64,000 bases of DNA from positions 103,253 through 167,252 of the forward strand of contig CAVTVT010000003.1 of NCBI GenBank assembly GCA_963738315.1. Reading direction: 5' to 3'. Origin of the DNA: Vicinamibacterales bacterium. GTDB taxonomy: Bacteria; Acidobacteriota; Vicinamibacteria; Vicinamibacterales; JAMQPK01. Numbering within the stretch: the stretch's first letter is position 1; each line of letters begins with the position of its first letter. A model generated the notes under the pieces. That model was not told the DNA's origin. It ran no database searches and saw nothing but the letters and a program-made list of their open reading frames with translations. The position numbers were made by a program, and so were the translations under genes. Positions 58,839 through 64,000 of the stretch are shown here, in pieces.

Positions 58839-60137
58839 CTGCGGCGCGTGGAACTCGTTCGTCGAGGAAAGCGCCGCGTCCCTGCCGCCATCCGCCCAGC
58901 ACCGGTTCGGGACGGCGGCGAGCGCTCCAGCGCGGCTGTACACCGAGATCGAGACCTCGGACGCCCGCAGGATCTCGTCGGGAATCGCGGAGTTCGATCG
59001 CGTGCTCGGCGGCGGGATCGTCCCCGGGTCGCTGGTGCTGCTGGGCGGCGAGCCGGGCATCGGCAAGTCGACGCTGCTGCTGCAGGCTGCCGCGCACCTG
59101 GCGCGCAGCGCAGGTCCGGTGCTGTACAGCTCCGGTGAGGAGTCGGCGCATCAGATCAAGCTTCGGGGCGAGCGGCTGGGCGTGGAGCAGGCGCCGCTCT
59201 ATCTGCTCGCGGAGACCTGCCTCGAGCGGATCGTCGAGGAGATCGAGCGGCTCAAGCCGGTGCTCGTCGTCGTCGATTCGGTCCAGACGATCTTCTCCTC
59301 GCGCTTCCAGTCGGCGCCCGGCAGCATCGGACAGGTGCGCGAAGTGGCGGCCCAGCTGCTGTTCGCCGCGAAAGGGCGGAACGTGCCGATCGTGCTCGTC
59401 GGCCACGTCACCAAGGACGGCAGTCTGGCCGGACCGAAGGCGCTCGAGCACGTCGTGGACACGGTCCTCTACTTCGAGGGCGAGCGGCATCACGCGCACC
59501 GCGTGGTGCGCGCGTTCAAGAACCGGTTCGGCGCGGCGAGCGAGCTCGGCGTGTTCGAGATGACCGGACGCGGGGCTGCGCGAGGTCGCCGAATCCGTCG
59601 CAGATGTTCCTGGCGGAGCGCTCCATCGGCAAGCCCGGCTCGGCCGTGCTGTGCTGCATCGAGGGATCGCGGCCGATACTGGTGGAGGTGCAGGCGCTCG
59701 TGAGCGGCAGCGCGTTCGGAAATCCCCGGCGGATGGCCAGCGGCATCGACCCGCAGCGCCTCGCGCTCCTGCTCGCCGTGCTGGAGAAGCGCGCCGGCAT
59801 TCACCTGCTGGCCGACGACGTGTACGTGAACGTGGCCGGGGGCATGAGCGTGGACGAGCCGGCCGCCGATCTGAGCATCGTCGCGGCGGTGGCGTCGAGC
59901 GTCCGCGGCCGGGCGGTGAACGCGAGCACGGCGATGTTCGGGGAAGTGGGCCTGGGCGGCGAAGTGCGCGCGATCGCGCATCCGGCGCTGCGCCTGCGGG
60001 AGGCGGCCCGGATGGGGTTCGAGCGCTGCGTCGTGCCTCAGGCGAGCGCGGATCTGCCGGCGAGCGATCGGCCGGCGCGGCTGGAGCTCGCGGGCGTGCG
60101 CACGGTGGATGAGGCGCTGCACGCGCTGTTGGACTAA
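58762..60137 (+). pseudogene. radA: DNA repair protein RadA/Sms (two close frame breaks near 59573 and 59591)
   Basis: GTG 58762. Zinc ribbon [25 protein letters not shown]; Walker A LLGGEPGIGKSTLLLQ; KNRFGAASELGVFEMTGRG / LREVA / NPSQMFLAERSIGKPGSAVLCCIEGSRPILVEVQALV.. (Lon-protease-like C-terminal domain, ORF 59604..60137). Confidence 0.9.
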
Positions 60138-60150
60138 GATACGTCACCCT

Positions 60151-61215
60151 ATGCGCTGGACGGGCGTCGCGCGGCTTCTGCTGATCGTCGGCGTCGTCTA
60201 CTGCGCATACATGCTCCGCCCGTTCGGGGGCGGCCTGCCGCTCAACGTCTCGCTCGCGCTCGTCATCTCGGTCCTGATCGTCTACCTCGAGCATCAGCTG
60301 CGCCTGACCTCGCTTGCGAACGTCATCGGCGCGTTGATCGGGGGCGGGGCGGGCCTGCTGGCCGCGCGCGTCCTGGGCTCGGCGCTGTTCTGGGCCAACA
60401 CCGGCGACGCCCGCGTGGTGTTCCTCCACATCCTGATCCTGCTGGCGATGCCCTACATCGGCCTCGTGCTCGGGGGCATGTCGGGCGAATGGCTCGCTCC
60501 GGACCGGCTGCTGGGCCTGTTCCGATCCCAGGGGCCGCTCCGCCGCTACCGCATTCTCGATACCAGCGTGATCATCGACGGGCGCATCGCGGACATCTGC
60601 GAGACCGGATTCATGGACGGCACGCTCGTGGTGCCGCAGTTCGTGCTGCGCGAACTGCAGCAGGTGGCCGACTCGTCCGATTCGCTGCGGCGGAACCGCG
60701 GGCGGCGCGGGCTGGACATCCTGCAGCGGATCCAGAAGATGGCCGGGCTGGACGTCATCATCTCCGACATGGACTTTCCCGACCAGCGCGAGGTCGACTT
60801 GAAGCTGATCGAGCTCGCTCGATCGCTGCAGGGCAAGATCGTCACGAACGATTTCAACCTGAACAAGGTGGCGCAGCTCCGCGGCGTGGAAGTGCTGAAC
60901 ATCAACGAGCTGGCGAACTCGCTCAAGCCCGTGGTGCTGCCGGGCGAAACGATGAAGGTGTTCATCCTGAAGGAAGGCAAGGAGTACAACCAGGGCGTGG
61001 CGTACCTCGACGACGGCACGATGGTGGTCGTGGACAACGCGCGCTCGATGATCGGCAAGACCATCGACGTGATCGTCACGAGCGTGCTCCAGACCACCGC
61101 CGGCAAGATGATCTTCGGCCGTTTCATCGACGTCCACGGGGGCGCCGCGGCGACGCAGCCGACGCCCATTGATCGCGAAGGCGGGCGGACCCGGCTGCGG
61201 CAGTCCAGCCAGTAG
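60151..61215 (+). CDS. Membrane-anchored PIN/TRAM domain protein (YacL-like)
   Basis: Track ORF 60109..61215; ATG 60151. N-terminal TM helices; PIN-type [34 protein letters not shown]; C-terminal TRAM-like [23 protein letters not shown]. The position after radA matches the Bacillus radA..yacL-ispD-ispF-gltX neighbourhood. Confidence 0.8.
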   Translation: MRWTGVARLLLIVGVVYCAYMLRPFGGGLPLNVSLALVISVLIVYLEHQLRLTSLANVIGALIGGGAGLLAARVLGSALFWANTGDARVVFLHILILLAMPYIGLVLGGMSGEWLAPDRLLGLFRSQGPLRRYRILDTSVIIDGRIADICETGFMDGTLVVPQFVLRELQQVADSSDSLRRNRGRRGLDILQRIQKMAGLDVIISDMDFPDQREVDLKLIELARSLQGKIVTNDFNLNKVAQLRGVEVLNINELANSLKPVVLPGETMKVFILKEGKEYNQGVAYLDDGTMVVVDNARSMIGKTIDVIVTSVLQTTAGKMIFGRFIDVHGGAAATQPTPIDREGGRTRLRQSSQ

Positions 61216-62046
61216 ATGCCGGTTCCTCGCGGGTCGGTTTCCCGCTCGCGCGATCGCACGTCGTCCAGTGGGCAACCCGGCACTCCGCACTCAGTCACCC
61301 GCACGCCGCTGGCGCAATCGTCCGCGTCCCTGTGGTTCCACTGGCTCCGCACCGTCCTGTTCCTCATCCCCTGCATCTCGGTCTACACCATCGTGCTCGG
61401 CACCTGCTCGATTTTGTCGACGCTGGTGGATCGCGGGGGGCATGCCGCGCACTGGTGCGCGCGGGCGTGGTCGTGGCTGATTCTGGCCACGACCGGCGTG
61501 CAGGTGGAGGTGGCGGGGATGGACCGCGTCCCGCGCGGCCAGACGTACATGTTCGTCTCGAACCACCAGAGCATCTACGACATTCCGGTCGTGTTCGCGA
61601 CGCTGCCGTTCCAGCTGCGGATCATCGCGAAGGAGTCACTCGGGAGGTTCCCGTTCCTGGGGTGGCACCTTCGCCGGGCGGGGCATCTGCTGGTGGATCG
61701 GAGCAACCCCGATCGGGAGGGGATTCTGCGGCGGTGGCGTCGCCTGGTGGAGGGCGGCATTTCGCTCATCATCTTCCCGGAGGGGACGCGCAGCCCCGAC
61801 GGGCGTGTCGGACGGTTTCGTGGCGGCAGCTTCCTGCTCGCGCTGGAGGCCGGGCTGACGATCGTGCCGCTGTCGCTTTCGGGGACGCTCGGCGTGATGC
61901 GAAAAGGGAGGCTGACCACCCGTCCGGGGCACGTGCGGCTGGTGGTGCACGATCCGCTGCCCGTGGCGCGCATCGAGGGTCCGACGATCGGCGATGCGCG
62001 CGCCCTCGCCGCGCGCGTGGAGGCGATCGTCAAAACCGGGGTCTGA
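61216..62046 (+). CDS. plsC: 1-acyl-sn-glycerol-3-phosphate acyltransferase family protein
   Basis: Intact ORF. Acyltransferase motifs FVSNHQSIYD and IIFPEGTRSPDG. The start is uncertain (ATG 61216 directly follows the upstream TAG). Confidence 0.82.
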   Translation: MPVPRGSVSRSRDRTSSSGQPGTPHSVTRTPLAQSSASLWFHWLRTVLFLIPCISVYTIVLGTCSILSTLVDRGGHAAHWCARAWSWLILATTGVQVEVAGMDRVPRGQTYMFVSNHQSIYDIPVVFATLPFQLRIIAKESLGRFPFLGWHLRRAGHLLVDRSNPDREGILRRWRRLVEGGISLIIFPEGTRSPDGRVGRFRGGSFLLALEAGLTIVPLSLSGTLGVMRKGRLTTRPGHVRLVVHDPLPVARIEGPTIGDARALAARVEAIVKTGV

Positions 62047-62089
62047 CCCTCTCGCTTACATTTCTGTAACGGAGGACGGGGTCTGACCC
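62038..62089. repeat. Repeat family A, copy 2: two GGGGTCTGACCC palindromes flanking an imperfect hairpin
   Basis: GGGGTCTGACCC at 62038-62049 and 62078-62089. The inner TCTCGCTTACA-tttc-TGTAACGGAGGA is itself an imperfect inverted repeat. The reverse complement matches the ends of 18912-19009. It overlaps the plsC stop and sits between convergent plsC and the PadR gene. Confidence 0.7.
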
Positions 62090-62097
62090 TGACGCGC

Positions 62098-62433
62098 TCA
62101 CGCGGCACCCCCCTTCAGCTGAGGCAATCCTCGCCAGAGATTGACGAGCGCCCGCTGCGCCTCCCGCACTTCGCGCAGCCCCTTTGGCGTCAGCTGGAAG
62201 TACCGCTTGGCGCGCCCTCCTCGCTCGGGCGTCGGATCGCCGAGCTCGGATGCCACGAGCCCCCGTTTGGCGAGCCGATCCAGCGCCGCATACACGGTGC
62301 CCAGCAACACCGGCCGGCCGCTTTGTGCCTGGATCTCGTGCGCGATCGGCACCCCATACGCGCCGTCGCCCAGTCTGATCAGCGCCAGCATCACCATCAG
62401 CTCGAACGTGCTTGCGTGCGTGCGTCGTGCCAT
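62098..62433 (-). CDS. PadR-family transcriptional regulator
   Basis: Track ORF 62098..62490. Probable ATG 62433 (GGAGG SD). Winged-helix [65 protein letters not shown]. Confidence 0.85.
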   Translation of the reverse strand: MARRTHASTFELMVMLALIRLGDGAYGVPIAHEIQAQSGRPVLLGTVYAALDRLAKRGLVASELGDPTPERGGRAKRYFQLTPKGLREVREAQRALVNLWRGLPQLKGGAA

Positions 62434-62462
62434 GGTCCTCCGCTCCGGCTCATCGATGTCCA

Positions 62463-62487
62463 ATATATTCAAACATGATGAATATAT
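62463..62487. promoter_or_regulatory. Perfect 9-bp inverted repeat (candidate PadR operator) in the PadR/ispDF divergent region
   Basis: ATATATTCA (62463-62471), spacer aacatga, TGAATATAT (62479-62487). AT-rich island. A TATAAT hexamer at 62504-62509 lies only 7 nt upstream of the ispDF GTG 62517. Confidence 0.5.
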
Positions 62488-62516
62488 CAAGCGGCCCCTC
62501 TCATATAATTCTCCGC

Positions 62517-64000
<1,484 letters not shown>

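Noticed and set aside
48000-59600. Interpretation of the many broken housekeeping genes as genuine pseudogenisation, or as programmed ribosomal frameshifting
   Set aside because: Simultaneous loss of dnaB, prs, pth and three ribosomal protein genes is not viable. The peptide blocks are otherwise undamaged. The breaks lack slippery heptamers and occur in both directions. Sequence error is the parsimonious explanation.
58735-61290. 851-aa minus-strand ORF, and similar long antisense ORFs (3686-5926 +, 13944-15980 -, 30704-32302 -, 36307-38124 -, 38310-39794 -, 57354-59066 -, 62487-63938 -)
   Set aside because: All lie opposite well-supported genes (radA/PIN-TRAM, cytochrome, TPR, nuoD, nuoL, nuoM, alr, ispDF). 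They show Arg/Pro/Gly-rich composition without recognisable domains. They are GC-driven open frames.

Overview
This is a very GC-rich bacterial chromosomal segment, densely coding on both strands. The gene content (CarboxypepD_reg-type TonB receptor, FG-GAP/UnbV CRTAC1-like proteins, many TPR proteins, multihaem cytochromes) suggests an Acidobacteriota-like organism; this is inference only.

- **1-17.1 kb:** a divergent, GntR-associated locus. It combines three FG-GAP/UnbV propeller proteins, a membrane-anchored pentahaem cytochrome-TPR fusion, a TonB-dependent receptor, two secreted TPR proteins and a secreted heptahaem cytochrome. The genes are tightly packed, many with start/stop overlaps. 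This is the best candidate here for an undescribed envelope redox/uptake system.
- **17-29 kb:** an unknown protein plus NDH-2, and a PQQ propeller dehydrogenase with an N-terminal haem domain. A CBS protein follows, then a sigma54-type promoter, a small duplicated-module protein and pilT. The block ends with ppiB, nhaA, murJ and yajQ.
- **29.3-41.3 kb:** a nuo operon in the order A-B-C-gmhA-D-E-F-H-J-K-L-M-N, with no nuoG and no nuoI.
- **41.3-48.4 kb:** small hypothetical genes, cspA with a terminator-containing leader, and purH. An LPS-core type operon follows (Trm112-like, GT9 heptosyltransferase, O-antigen-ligase-like, heptose-7-P kinase).
- **48.4-64 kb:** a housekeeping string. It runs TPR protein, LolB-like protein, ispE, tRNA-Gln, prs, rplY, pth, rpsF, rpsR, rplI and dnaB. 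It continues with alr, radA, a PIN/TRAM protein, plsC, PadR, ispDF and gltX (partial).

Many genes are frame-broken by small indels. The breaks are heavily concentrated in about 48.0-59.6 kb and hit essential genes, so I read them as consensus/assembly errors rather than decay. Such genes are typed pseudogene only to flag that the frame is not continuous as given.

Non-coding signals include two small repeat families (two copies each), 7-nt tandem repeats in operon spacers, and candidate GntR and PadR operators. I saw no CRISPR array, transposase, integrase or phage genes. Start sites and frame-break positions come from manual translation and are approximate to a few nt.
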